Positions 9,782 to 19,037 of a stretch of DNA of 64,000 bases are shown in pieces. The notes beneath the pieces were generated by a model. It saw nothing but the letters and a program-made list of their open reading frames with translations, was not told the DNA's origin and did not search any database. The stretch comes from a virus (Duplodnaviria; Heunggongvirae; Uroviricota; Caudoviricetes). The first letter of the stretch is position 1, and each line of letters starts with the position of its first letter. Position numbers and translations under genes: made by a program. Where the stretch lies: IMG/VR virus record IMGVR_UViG_3300028833_000001, positions 255,171 to 319,170 of that record, one strand, 5' to 3'.

Positions 9782-10570
9782 ATGTCTAGAAAACAAGATT
9801 TAATGAAATCGCTTGATGAAGATGAAGCTATGTATTTAACTGACAAAATGTCAAGAGTTCCAAAAGGTACCACAACAATAGCGCAATTAACATCATTTAA
9901 GGTTGGCCTAAAGTGCAAAAATAAAAAACAAAAAGATTTGCACAAACTTATTCAAGACAAAGAAATAGTATTTTGCCAAGGGTCTGCTGGAACTGGGAAG
10001 TCGTATATTGCAACAGAGACTGCATTGGAATTATTAAAAAACGGCGGATATAATAAAATAATAATATGCTGCCCCAATGTGGAATCATCGTCAATGCCTA
10101 TTGGACTTTTGCCAGGAACTATTGATGAAAAAATGCAGCCATATATGGATGCTATCGAGTTTACAATCCAGAAAATACTCGATGAAAGCGGAAACATGAA
10201 TTCAAGCGAAATATTAACAACTCTATTGAAAAATGACATTATAAGGGAAGAAGCTGTGTCATTTTTAAGAGGTAAAACATTCGACAATAGTATTATAATA
10301 GTCGACGAGGCTGAAAATCTCAACAAACAGGAAACGTTATTAATATTGTCAAGAATAGGTAGAAACAGTAAAATGATTTTTCTTGGCGACAATCAGCAAA
10401 TTGATAGAAGAGACATAAAAAAGTCAAAAGACAAATGCGGACTTGATTTTGCATTTGAGGTTTTGCAGGATATAGATGAAATAGGGTTTCTGCAATTTAC
10501 AGAAGAAGATATTGTTCGTAATCCAATTATATCAAAAATAATAAAGAGATGGAATGGAATAGAAAATTAA
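9782..10570 (+). CDS. phoH: PhoH family ATPase
   Basis: GSAGTGKSY, GLLPG, FLRGKTF, IVDEAEN, SRIG, GDNQQID, DIVRNP. Confidence 0.95.
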   Translation: MSRKQDLMKSLDEDEAMYLTDKMSRVPKGTTTIAQLTSFKVGLKCKNKKQKDLHKLIQDKEIVFCQGSAGTGKSYIATETALELLKNGGYNKIIICCPNVESSSMPIGLLPGTIDEKMQPYMDAIEFTIQKILDESGNMNSSEILTTLLKNDIIREEAVSFLRGKTFDNSIIIVDEAENLNKQETLLILSRIGRNSKMIFLGDNQQIDRRDIKKSKDKCGLDFAFEVLQDIDEIGFLQFTEEDIVRNPIISKIIKRWNGIEN

Positions 10571-10580
10571 CAAGTTTAAT

Positions 10581-10588
10581 CTATTTAT
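10581..10588 (+). promoter_or_regulatory. Putative late promoter CTATTTAT
   Basis: Starts 27 nt upstream of the GTG at 10608. Confidence 0.55.
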
Positions 10589-10607
10589 AGAATAATAGAA
10601 TTAAATT

Positions 10608-11000
10608 GTGGTTATTATAAAAATTTTAGAATCTGATATAAAAAATATGGTAAAGAACTCTGTGTTGCTATTAATGGAGAACGCAGAGACAAATAATATT
10701 AATAATGAAGAGAACGAAAGAGGCGAAATATCTAAAGAAGATGTTATTAGAATGTTTGCCATGAAAGAGGAGACAACGTTAAACGGTTATGCTTGGGGAA
10801 GAAAATTTAAGAAAAGAAATTATCATGGATATGTAAGTGTATATCCAAATCTGATAGGTGGTTACACATATTTCATATCACTTTTCAGATATGAACCTAA
10901 TGGAGAGGATATTCCAATGATAAAACACGTTGAGTCATCTCCACAGAAGTTTATTGATTATGTAAAGGGCAAAGTTAATCCAATAATTAATATTTTATAA
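10608..11000 (+). CDS. Hypothetical protein with IKILESDIKNMV leader; putative head-packaged protein
   Basis: Flanked by its own CTATTTAT motif and a terminator; GTG start. Confidence 0.65.
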   Translation: MVIIKILESDIKNMVKNSVLLLMENAETNNINNEENERGEISKEDVIRMFAMKEETTLNGYAWGRKFKKRNYHGYVSVYPNLIGGYTYFISLFRYEPNGEDIPMIKHVESSPQKFIDYVKGKVNPIINIL

Positions 11001-11030
11001 ACGGGAATTCTTTAAATTCTCGTTTTTTTT
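10998..11030 (+). terminator. Intrinsic terminator
   Basis: aaacgggaatt...aattctcgttt stem followed by a T8 tract. Confidence 0.7.
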
Positions 11031-11068
11031 ATGTATTATTATAAGAAATAATGATTAATTTTGTTTTT

Positions 11069-12313
11069 ATGGCCCAACCAATTAGACCAATTATACGGCA
11101 AGAATATTCAGACAACTCAGACAAGACATTTTATACACTTATTATCGATGGAAACAACCTGTTGAGGCAATGTTTGATTGATACAAAGGAAAATGCCGAT
11201 GGCAAACATTACGGTGGTGTGTTTCAATTCTTCTTACAAGTAAGAATGATGTTACAAGCCATTAAATATGACTATGTTTATGTTGTTTTTGATGATACCG
11301 ATTCTGGTATATTGAGATATGAGCTTTATAACGAGTATAAGGCAAACAGAGATAAAAAATATGCCCAGCACATGATGAGTAGTGGACAAGAAACAGACTA
11401 TTGGAAACGTCTTAACCAGACAATTAAGGGTATGACCAAGTTTATTAAGGAAAAAGAACGTAAAAACGATAGAAAAAAAGAATTAACTGATGAAGAAATA
11501 GAGAAAAGAAACAAAAGACAGACCGAAAAGGATATTGTTGATGAGAATTTCGAGCGTGAAAGGAATATAATCATGCTTTTCTGTGTTGAAATGTCGATAA
11601 GGGTGTTATTTGACGATAAAACAGAGGGCGATGACTTCATTGCGTATTATGTAAATCATAAACAGCCAGAAGAAAAGATAGTCATTGTCAGCGCTGACCA
11701 GGATTTAACGCAATTAATCAGTCCAACAGTGTCATTATATAACAGAATGACAAAAAAATACCTTAAATATAGTAATTTTCAACGCATTAAGGGATTTCCA
11801 GTTGAAAATGTGCTATTAAAAAAGGTATTTTGTGGTGACACATCCGACAATATAGGTAATATCAAGGGTCTTTCAGAAGCAAGATTAATGGAATTGATGC
11901 CAGAAATAGCAGAAAGACCAGTGACCATAGAAGAAGTCATAGATAGAGCAAAAGAAAAGATAGAAGAGAGAAAAAACGAGAAGAAAAAACCGTTACAATG
12001 GCACGAAAACATTGTAAACGGTGTATCAAACAAGGAATATAACGGTGATTTCTATGAGATAAACAAGAAAATCATAGACCTTAAACATCCGTTATTGACC
12101 GAATCGGCAGAAAACGATATAGAATCGGTTATGTACGCTCCTTTGGACCCAGAAGGTAGGTCTTTTGAGAACCTTTATTCAATGATTTCCAAAAATAACA
12201 TAGAAATTTGGAAGGATGCTGGTTCTTTTTCAACATTTTTTAGACCTTTTAAAGAATTGTCTGACAGGGAAAAACAAAGGTACGAAGAGTTTATTTCAGA
12301 AAATCATTGCTAA
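11069..12313 (+). CDS. 5'-3' exonuclease / flap endonuclease (T4 RNase H-like)
   Basis: LIIDGNNL, VVFD, YKANR, EGDDFIA, SADQDLTQL, GDTSDNIGNIKG. Alternative start at 11051. Confidence 0.92.
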   Translation: MAQPIRPIIRQEYSDNSDKTFYTLIIDGNNLLRQCLIDTKENADGKHYGGVFQFFLQVRMMLQAIKYDYVYVVFDDTDSGILRYELYNEYKANRDKKYAQHMMSSGQETDYWKRLNQTIKGMTKFIKEKERKNDRKKELTDEEIEKRNKRQTEKDIVDENFERERNIIMLFCVEMSIRVLFDDKTEGDDFIAYYVNHKQPEEKIVIVSADQDLTQLISPTVSLYNRMTKKYLKYSNFQRIKGFPVENVLLKKVFCGDTSDNIGNIKGLSEARLMELMPEIAERPVTIEEVIDRAKEKIEERKNEKKKPLQWHENIVNGVSNKEYNGDFYEINKKIIDLKHPLLTESAENDIESVMYAPLDPEGRSFENLYSMISKNNIEIWKDAGSFSTFFRPFKELSDREKQRYEEFISENHC

Positions 12314-12335
12314 TTTGAAAAAAACTATGTATTAT
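12307..12335 (+). promoter_or_regulatory. Putative promoter TTGCTA-N17-TATTAT
   Basis: TTG-N20-TA with ATGTATTA core; followed by a GTAA-loop hairpin at 12344-12357. Confidence 0.4.
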
Positions 12336-12400
12336 AATTTAAACTTGGGTAACCAAGATGGTTTTTATTAATTTATTGTTTAACATTAATTTTTGTTTAA

Positions 12401-13156
12401 ATGGCAGAAATCAGAAAGCAGTCATATGAACCACGTGACTATAAAGAAAGGTTCGAGTTTGTATTAACAACTGGCGGTAACATTATTTGTCAACGCTATT
12501 TTAAGATTAATAGTTTTAATCCGACATCTCTTCGTTCTTACGAGCTTACGTCGGCACTTCGTAAGTGTGTGAGTGTTATTGAACGAGATTTGAAAGATAA
12601 AGCTCATGTTTATTTGGACATTTATGCTCCGAGAGTCTTTTCTTCAGAAGAAGAGATGAAATCTTATTTTGCTAATCCAGAACATTGTGCAGGAATGACG
12701 TTTGGAGAAGGAATTGTCATTAGGGGCAATGACAAAACAGATTATTTTTGGGGTGACAAAGGTCCGACGGCTATTGGCTCTAAGTTTGATGATGGAGAGC
12801 TCACTACTAGTACAGTAGAAGCTACTAAAACGTCATACAAACTAGCGTTCAAGGTTGATGGTCAAGAAGTGAGTTCTATTATGTGGGATGGAAATTATCC
12901 TAAGTTTATGAGGGATAAAATTGACTTGTCAAATAAGAAATTTAGATTTGAGAATGAAGATAAGAATCGTCTAACTCTTGAGCAATATACCCTTTACAAA
13001 ATGGTTGAAGGTAAAAACGACCTTGTTTATGGTATTATTAAGACTATTTGTGCCGCTTGCAGTATTCAGGATAATTCAAAATACACAACAAGTCCAGACG
13101 CAATTATGGAAGCATGGAGTAATGACAGTAATAAACTAATGTATGGAGCTTTTTAA
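12401..13156 (+). CDS. Hypothetical protein co-transcribed with the helicase
   Basis: 251-aa ORF ending 14 nt upstream of the helicase gene. Confidence 0.8.
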   Translation: MAEIRKQSYEPRDYKERFEFVLTTGGNIICQRYFKINSFNPTSLRSYELTSALRKCVSVIERDLKDKAHVYLDIYAPRVFSSEEEMKSYFANPEHCAGMTFGEGIVIRGNDKTDYFWGDKGPTAIGSKFDDGELTTSTVEATKTSYKLAFKVDGQEVSSIMWDGNYPKFMRDKIDLSNKKFRFENEDKNRLTLEQYTLYKMVEGKNDLVYGIIKTICAACSIQDNSKYTTSPDAIMEAWSNDSNKLMYGAF

Positions 13157-13170
13157 AATAATTCGTTTAA

Positions 13171-14718
13171 ATGGCAAAAATACTTAATAAAAATAATTTA
13201 GGTTATTTAGATGTTGGGTTCCAATATAAACTCGTAAAGATTTTTATTGAGGATTCTAAGTTTTTTGAGGATTTGGTGTCTATTACAGACCAAAACGCAT
13301 TTACAGACCCACTTTTAAGAACTTTTGTAGGCACTATCAAAGACTATTATGCTAAAGAAGGTGTTGTTCCTTCGTATGAAATAATGGGCTTTTTGTTAAG
13401 CGAAAAGGCCAAAACTGAAATTGAATTGGAGGAATGGAAGGCTTTAATTCATAAGCTTAAATTTGAAGTAAGTTATGAAGGATATTCTTTAGTTAAGGAA
13501 AACGCGTTAAAATTTTTCAAACAGCAAAATTTAATCAAGGTAGCTAATAAAATTCTTGAAATTGCTGGAAACGGAGATATTGATAGGTATGACGAATGCA
13601 AAAAATTGTGGGACGATGCAACAATGGTCGGACAAGAGGATGATTTTGGGTTTAATATATTTGAACTACAAGAGAAGGCTTTGGCAAATGATTATACCAT
13701 TTCAATCCCAACTGGCATATCAAAGCTTGATGAAGTACTTGGAGGAGGCTTAGATAAAGGAAAATTAGGATTACTTATCGCCCCAGCTGGATTTGGCAAA
13801 ACATCATTTACAACCGCAATTGACGCGTATGCCGCATCATATAGGTGCGATATAAACAATAATAGTGGTTTTAAAGTCTTACAAATATTTTTTGAGGATG
13901 ATGATATTGACTTGACTAGAAAGCATTTCTCCAAAATCACACGTTGTGAGGCTGTTAAAATGAAGAGATTGACAAATGTAGACAGAGATGAGATAGAAAC
14001 GTTGTTGAATAATTTTCCAGATAGGGAGATTTTGAAACAAAATTTAAGATTGAAGCATTTTAAAACTGGTACAAAGTCGGCGAGTGATATCGAAATTTTT
14101 GTTAAAAAATTGATTAATACTGGATTCAAGCCAGACCTCATCTCTATTGATTATTTTGAATGTCTAGCTCCAGAAAAGGGTGGATATGCCAGCGATAGTG
14201 AATGGACTCGTGAAGGTATAACGATGCGTAAGCTTGAAAATATGGCACACGATTTAGATTGCGCCATATGGGTACCAACACAGGGAACCAAAGACAGTAT
14301 GAACAGCCCAGAGGTTGTGAGAATGGACCAAGCAAGTGGCTCCTCAAAGAAAATTCACGTAGCTCAATTGATTCTGTCAATTGCCAGGGCAATTGATGAT
14401 ATTAATAATAGCAGAGCAGTTATAGCAGTGCTTAAAAACAGGTCTGGGCGGTCTGGTAAAATCTTCAATAATGTTTATTTTGATAACGGAACCTGTACAA
14501 TTTCTTGTGACGAAACACAAGAATTTAACGATACCTTGGCTTGGGAGGAAGAATCTTCTCGTTTGAAAGAGGAAAATCGAATACAACTAACACGAAATCT
14601 TTTAGAAACAAGAAGACAATTCGCGTCTCATTCAGAAATAATGAATAATCATTCAGCTGGAAATGGCAATTTTGTAGGAGTGATTAATACTGGACATAAC
14701 GATATTCCAAATAGTTAA
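13171..14718 (+). CDS. Replicative DNA helicase, DnaB/T4 gp41-like
   Basis: PTGISKLDEVLGGG, APAGFGKTS Walker A, FFED, IDYFEC, WVPTQ, KNRSG. Confidence 0.93.
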   Translation: MAKILNKNNLGYLDVGFQYKLVKIFIEDSKFFEDLVSITDQNAFTDPLLRTFVGTIKDYYAKEGVVPSYEIMGFLLSEKAKTEIELEEWKALIHKLKFEVSYEGYSLVKENALKFFKQQNLIKVANKILEIAGNGDIDRYDECKKLWDDATMVGQEDDFGFNIFELQEKALANDYTISIPTGISKLDEVLGGGLDKGKLGLLIAPAGFGKTSFTTAIDAYAASYRCDINNNSGFKVLQIFFEDDDIDLTRKHFSKITRCEAVKMKRLTNVDRDEIETLLNNFPDREILKQNLRLKHFKTGTKSASDIEIFVKKLINTGFKPDLISIDYFECLAPEKGGYASDSEWTREGITMRKLENMAHDLDCAIWVPTQGTKDSMNSPEVVRMDQASGSSKKIHVAQLILSIARAIDDINNSRAVIAVLKNRSGRSGKIFNNVYFDNGTCTISCDETQEFNDTLAWEEESSRLKEENRIQLTRNLLETRRQFASHSEIMNNHSAGNGNFVGVINTGHNDIPNS

Positions 14719-14729
14719 GGTGACAAAAA

Positions 14730-14768
14730 AAAGATTCCAGTAAAGTAAAATTTATTGCTGGAATCTTT
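14730..14768 (+). terminator. Long stem-loop between helicase and RNR
   Basis: aaagattccag/ctggaatcttt perfect 11-bp inverted repeat, extendable by taa/ttg. Confidence 0.6.
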
Positions 14769-14817
14769 GTATTTATATGAAAATATAAGAGGAATAAATT
14801 ATAAAAGAGAATATAAT

Positions 14818-17211
14818 ATGTATAATGTTACAAAAGTAAACTCTGTTGAAGAATGGGTTAATGGGAATCAATTAAGTATTGATATTATCAATAAAAAGTA
14901 CCTTCAAGAAGGTGAAACATTTGAAGAATGGTGTGATAGAATTACTGGCGGTAATGAAGACTATAAGAGATTATTTATTGAGAAAAAATTTATTCCTGGC
15001 GGGAGAATATTATCAAATAGGGGACTTGATAATAAATCAATAAAGTCCACAATGTCAAATTGTTATGTTTTGTCTGTTGATGATTCAATCGAAAGCATTT
15101 ATGATACATGTTCAAAAATGGCTAGAACTTATAGCTATGGTGGTGGTGTAGGTATCGATATTTCAAAATTAAGACCATGTGGCGCTATTGTTAAAAATTC
15201 TGCTAGAACAACAACTGGTGCTGTTAGTTTTATGAGGACATTTGATGTAGTTACTGGTACAATTGGTCAAAACGGAAGACGAGGCGCCCTTATGATTAGC
15301 ATGGATGTATCGCATCCAGATGTAACTGAATTCATCAATATTAAAGCTAATACGGACCAAATCACAAATGCAAACATCAGCGTTCGTGTTAATGATAAAT
15401 TCATGGAAGCGGTTAAGAATGATGATGATTATATTCTTCACTGGCCATGCGATATGACAATTAGCGATAAAGAGATTAACGCGATAAACAAGTATAATGA
15501 GCTTGTAATGGTTGAAACTAATTGTGGGCCAGTGTATTTGAAAAAAATTAAGGCGAAGGAATTGTTTATGCAGCTGGCAAAAAACAATTGGGATTATGGT
15601 GAACCAGGTATTCTTTATTGGAATAGAATTTCGTCTTATCACTTAATGTCAGAAAATAAAGATTTTGAATATGCTGGTGTAAACCCTTGTGCTGAAGAAC
15701 CATTACCAAATGGTGGCGCATGCCTTCTTGGTTCAATGAATCTTTATCAATATGTTGTAAATGGATTATTTGATTATAAAGCTTTTGCGAATGATTGTAA
15801 AATAGCTACAAGATGGCTTAACGACATCCAAAAAGAAGGTGGAGAGCTTCATCCATTACAAGTACAAAGAGATACAGCGAGAGATTATAAACAAATTGGA
15901 CTTGGCATATTTGACCTTGCTGGTGCATTAATTAAAATGGGTGTAAAATATGGGTCTAAACAAGCGCAAGATGTTGCTAGGGAAATCACAAAAACAATGC
16001 TTATAGCAGCATTTGAACAATCTTGCGATTTAAATACTGAAGGTAAAGAATATCCAAATATGTTCGATTCTGAATTTTACAAAAAACAAGTCGAGCCATA
16101 TATTGCAGAACAGTATAAGGGTAGATATCCGTTGAATAGTCAGATTTTAACAATTGCACCGACAGGTACTATTTCAACGATGCTGAATGCAACAGCTGGT
16201 GGTGGTGAACCAATGTTTGCACTATTTTATATTAGAAGCACTAAATCAATTGGTGAAACTGATTATAAGGTTTATCCACAATGTGTTTTAGATTATTTTG
16301 GTGAAAATGAAGTTGATGAAGAGAAACTTCCAGATTATTATATCAGTTCTGATATGATTTCACCTAAAGAGAGAATTGAAATGCAAGCAGCGTTACAGGA
16401 AAATATTGATGCATCAATCAGTTCAACCATAAATTTGCCAGAAAAAACAACGGTGCAAGATGTTTATGACATTTATATGTACGCTTGGGAATCTGGGTTG
16501 AAGGGAGTCACTATTTTCAGAGACGGTTGTAAAAGAGTGGCAATTTTGAACAGGACTGAAAAGAAGAACAATGAGTGTGTATTCAATACAGTCAATGCTC
16601 CAAAACGCCCAAAAAGTTTGGATGCTGATTATTATCAAGTGAAGGTTAAAGGTGAAAATTTTATTATTATTGTAGGATTATTGGACGGGAAACCTTACGA
16701 ATTGTTTGCACTTCCATGTGATAATTGCCAAAAGGTGAAAAACCATAGAGGTAAAGTTATCAGAGTTAAAAAACGTGAATATAAATTCGAATCTGACATT
16801 CTTACGATTGATAATATAGCTATTGAGCCAGGCATTTACAACATTAATGATGAAGTTTCCAAAATTTCGGAAATTGTTAATGACGGCCATAAATTAAATA
16901 AGATTGAAACAGACGCTATTAAAGATTCAATTTATAAGATTATTGATTGGAGCGAAAAACGTGAATACAGAAATGTTGCACTCCATGTAAGTGGAAATTT
17001 GAGGACTGGAATGAGAATTGAGGATATTGTGAAGTTGGAAGATAAATGTGCTGATAGTATAGTGTCATTCCCGAAGGCAATTGGCAGAGTATTGTCAAAG
17101 TATATGGAAACATCTGAATTGGATGATATTTGCCCAGAATGTGGTGAGAAACTAATCAGAGAAGGTGGATGTATTCATTGCCCAAACTGTGGATGGGGAA
17201 AATGCTTGTAA
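14818..17211 (+). CDS. nrdJ: Class II (adenosylcobalamin-dependent) ribonucleotide reductase with C-terminal zinc ribbon
   Basis: PGGRIL, SNCYV, GGGVG, RRGALM, NPCAEEPL, ACLLGS, IAPTGTIS, SSTINLP, GLKGVTIFRDG, C-terminal CPECG...CPNCG. No ATP cone. The TTG at 14755 lies inside the hairpin, so ATG 14818 is preferred. Confidence 0.92.
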   Translation: MYNVTKVNSVEEWVNGNQLSIDIINKKYLQEGETFEEWCDRITGGNEDYKRLFIEKKFIPGGRILSNRGLDNKSIKSTMSNCYVLSVDDSIESIYDTCSKMARTYSYGGGVGIDISKLRPCGAIVKNSARTTTGAVSFMRTFDVVTGTIGQNGRRGALMISMDVSHPDVTEFINIKANTDQITNANISVRVNDKFMEAVKNDDDYILHWPCDMTISDKEINAINKYNELVMVETNCGPVYLKKIKAKELFMQLAKNNWDYGEPGILYWNRISSYHLMSENKDFEYAGVNPCAEEPLPNGGACLLGSMNLYQYVVNGLFDYKAFANDCKIATRWLNDIQKEGGELHPLQVQRDTARDYKQIGLGIFDLAGALIKMGVKYGSKQAQDVAREITKTMLIAAFEQSCDLNTEGKEYPNMFDSEFYKKQVEPYIAEQYKGRYPLNSQILTIAPTGTISTMLNATAGGGEPMFALFYIRSTKSIGETDYKVYPQCVLDYFGENEVDEEKLPDYYISSDMISPKERIEMQAALQENIDASISSTINLPEKTTVQDVYDIYMYAWESGLKGVTIFRDGCKRVAILNRTEKKNNECVFNTVNAPKRPKSLDADYYQVKVKGENFIIIVGLLDGKPYELFALPCDNCQKVKNHRGKVIRVKKREYKFESDILTIDNIAIEPGIYNINDEVSKISEIVNDGHKLNKIETDAIKDSIYKIIDWSEKREYRNVALHVSGNLRTGMRIEDIVKLEDKCADSIVSFPKAIGRVLSKYMETSELDDICPECGEKLIREGGCIHCPNCGWGKCL

Positions 17212-17237
17212 TTAACATACACTTAGCAAATTTAAAC

Positions 17238-17262
17238 GGCGGCAATATTTGTCGCCTTTTTT
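17238..17262 (+). terminator. Intrinsic terminator
   Basis: ggcggcaa-tat-ttgtcgcc followed by T6. Confidence 0.8.
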
Positions 17263-17264
17263 AT

Positions 17265-17293
17265 TTGAAATTTATAAATGATTTAATTATATT
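17265..17293 (+). promoter_or_regulatory. Putative promoter TTGAAA-N17-TATATT
   Basis: Near sigma70 consensus; at the start of the glycan island. Confidence 0.5.
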
Positions 17294-17340
17294 TTTGTAT
17301 AAAAAAATAAAATGAAGAAGTACTTAAATATTTTATTGGT

Positions 17341-18267
17341 ATGTTAAACCAGTGTGTAATTGTAGTTCCAATTTATAAAGAGTTTAATGACTTGACAGAC
17401 GGTGAGCTAGCTTCTCTTGAACAGTTAAGAGTTGTACTGAGCAAAAGGTATGATATATGTTTTTTAACGCATAATTCAATAGATATAGCTCAATATAAAG
17501 TCATATTTAGTCACGAAACCAAGTTGTCAGTAATTTATGTAGACAAAAAACATTTTTTGAATCGAGAGAATTACGCTAAGTTTGTTTCAGAAAAAACGTT
17601 TTATGAATATTTTGATTCATATCAATATATGTTAATATATCAATTAGACGCTTTTGTTTTTTACGACAAATTGGAATATTGGTGTAGTTTAGACTATGAT
17701 TATATTGGCGCCCCATTCTTTATGGAAGATTTTGTTAAAGAAGGGAAAATGGTCGGAAATGGTGGGTTTAGTTTGAGAAAGATTTCTGCCATGATAAATT
17801 ATATTAATAAAAATGGAGATATAGACACGCCATATAGATGGCTTGATGATTTATTTTTCTCTATGAATTATGGGAATATTTTAAATATTCCGACAATTGA
17901 TATTGCTCGTAAATTTTCAATTGAATGCCACGTACAGGAAGAGTTTAAGCTGTCAGGTGAATTACCGTTTGGATGCCATGCGTTTGAAAAATATGACAGA
18001 AATTTTTGGTTGAAATATGTTCCATTATACGAAAATGCTTATAACGTTTTATTGTTATATTTACAAAATACAGATTCGTCAATGAATACCAAGTCTGATG
18101 CATGGCTTTATGATAAACTGTCTTTAGAGGCTTATTATAGTGGTCGTAAAAAAGATTCATTAATGTATGGCTTGATGGCTGAACATTTAAATCCAATTGA
18201 CAAAAGACTGAAAAATAATGTAGATATAATATTAGGACAAATATCTAAAAATGATTTAATAAATTAA
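17341..18267 (+). CDS. DUF5672-like glycosyltransferase-related protein with C-terminal TPR-like fragment
   Basis: VIVVPIYK, YMLIYQLDAFVF, YDYIGAP, VGNGGFSLRK, DDLFF, PFGCHAF. Confidence 0.8.
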   Translation: MLNQCVIVVPIYKEFNDLTDGELASLEQLRVVLSKRYDICFLTHNSIDIAQYKVIFSHETKLSVIYVDKKHFLNRENYAKFVSEKTFYEYFDSYQYMLIYQLDAFVFYDKLEYWCSLDYDYIGAPFFMEDFVKEGKMVGNGGFSLRKISAMINYINKNGDIDTPYRWLDDLFFSMNYGNILNIPTIDIARKFSIECHVQEEFKLSGELPFGCHAFEKYDRNFWLKYVPLYENAYNVLLLYLQNTDSSMNTKSDAWLYDKLSLEAYYSGRKKDSLMYGLMAEHLNPIDKRLKNNVDIILGQISKNDLIN

Positions 18268-18279
18268 GATTTATATAAT

Positions 18280-18348
18280 ATGAAGAAAAGTATGCTTATA
18301 ACAGGAAATGCTGGTCTTATTGGGTCAAGGATGGCCGATATGAAATAA
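18280..18348 (+). pseudogene. N-terminal remnant of an NAD-dependent epimerase/dehydratase
   Basis: Translates MKKSMLITGNAGLIGSRMADMK*, matching the extended-SDR TGxxGxxG motif. Not in the ORF track. Confidence 0.7.
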
Positions 18349-18376
18349 CAAAAGGAATATATGAATATTGGAAATA

Positions 18377-18643
18377 ATGAACGATAAAGATAAACTTTTA
18401 TTAATTTTTTATGTTGGTTTGAAACATATTCAACAGGAAGACAGACCAGCTTATTTTAGTGAAATATTACAGCATTTTACGAATTCATTTGACGAAACAA
18501 TAAAGCCTATATTGATAGCTGATGTTACATCTGACAAGACAAAAGTTGAATGTATTAATCCGAAACTTATTACAGAAGATGAGTATGTAAAAGTACAAGA
18601 AATCATAGACAAGGCTAATTACATTGTTGAAAAGCTAAAATAG
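18377..18643 (+). CDS. Hypothetical protein
   Basis: ORF track; ATG 18377 preferred over TTG 18368. Confidence 0.7.
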   Translation: MNDKDKLLLIFYVGLKHIQQEDRPAYFSEILQHFTNSFDETIKPILIADVTSDKTKVECINPKLITEDEYVKVQEIIDKANYIVEKLK

Positions 18644-18652
18644 AATATAGAC

Positions 18653-18988
18653 ATGAATGACATAACAGAAAGAGAAGTGGAGCAATATAAAAGGCTCACA
18701 CAATTATTTGAAAAATACAAAGACCATAAATTCAACCCGTTTGACAAGGTTCTTATATATTTCAAAACTAGAGGTGTTTCTAACGAATTTAGAATAGTCC
18801 CACATATTGTGTGGTACTATGACAAAGAAGAAAGCAAGCACGTTTTATATGACCCGACAATAAGGTTTACAGCCAGTAGCCTTATTCCGTTTGACGGAAA
18901 CGAGGAGTTTATAGGGTTTAAAGGCGACACTCGCGTTGTGTCTGAAATAAAGGCTGAATTGGAAGCCACAAATAAGGCCACAACGTGA
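18653..18988 (+). CDS. Hypothetical protein
   Basis: ORF track; contains FNPFDKVL...IPFDGNEEFIG. Confidence 0.7.
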   Translation: MNDITEREVEQYKRLTQLFEKYKDHKFNPFDKVLIYFKTRGVSNEFRIVPHIVWYYDKEESKHVLYDPTIRFTASSLIPFDGNEEFIGFKGDTRVVSEIKAELEATNKATT

Positions 18989-19037
18989 TGTAATGCGTGG
19001 TGGTAGTAATGAATAATAAATTTATTTAAAATAAGTT

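Noticed and set aside
14719-14817. Cobalamin riboswitch upstream of nrdJ
   Set aside because: The gap is only ~99 nt, AT-rich, and has a single hairpin with no recognisable B12-box.
8440-17211. Inteins or introns in UvsX, helicase or RNR
   Set aside because: Protein lengths are ordinary, motifs are contiguous, and no splice-junction or homing-endonuclease motifs were seen.
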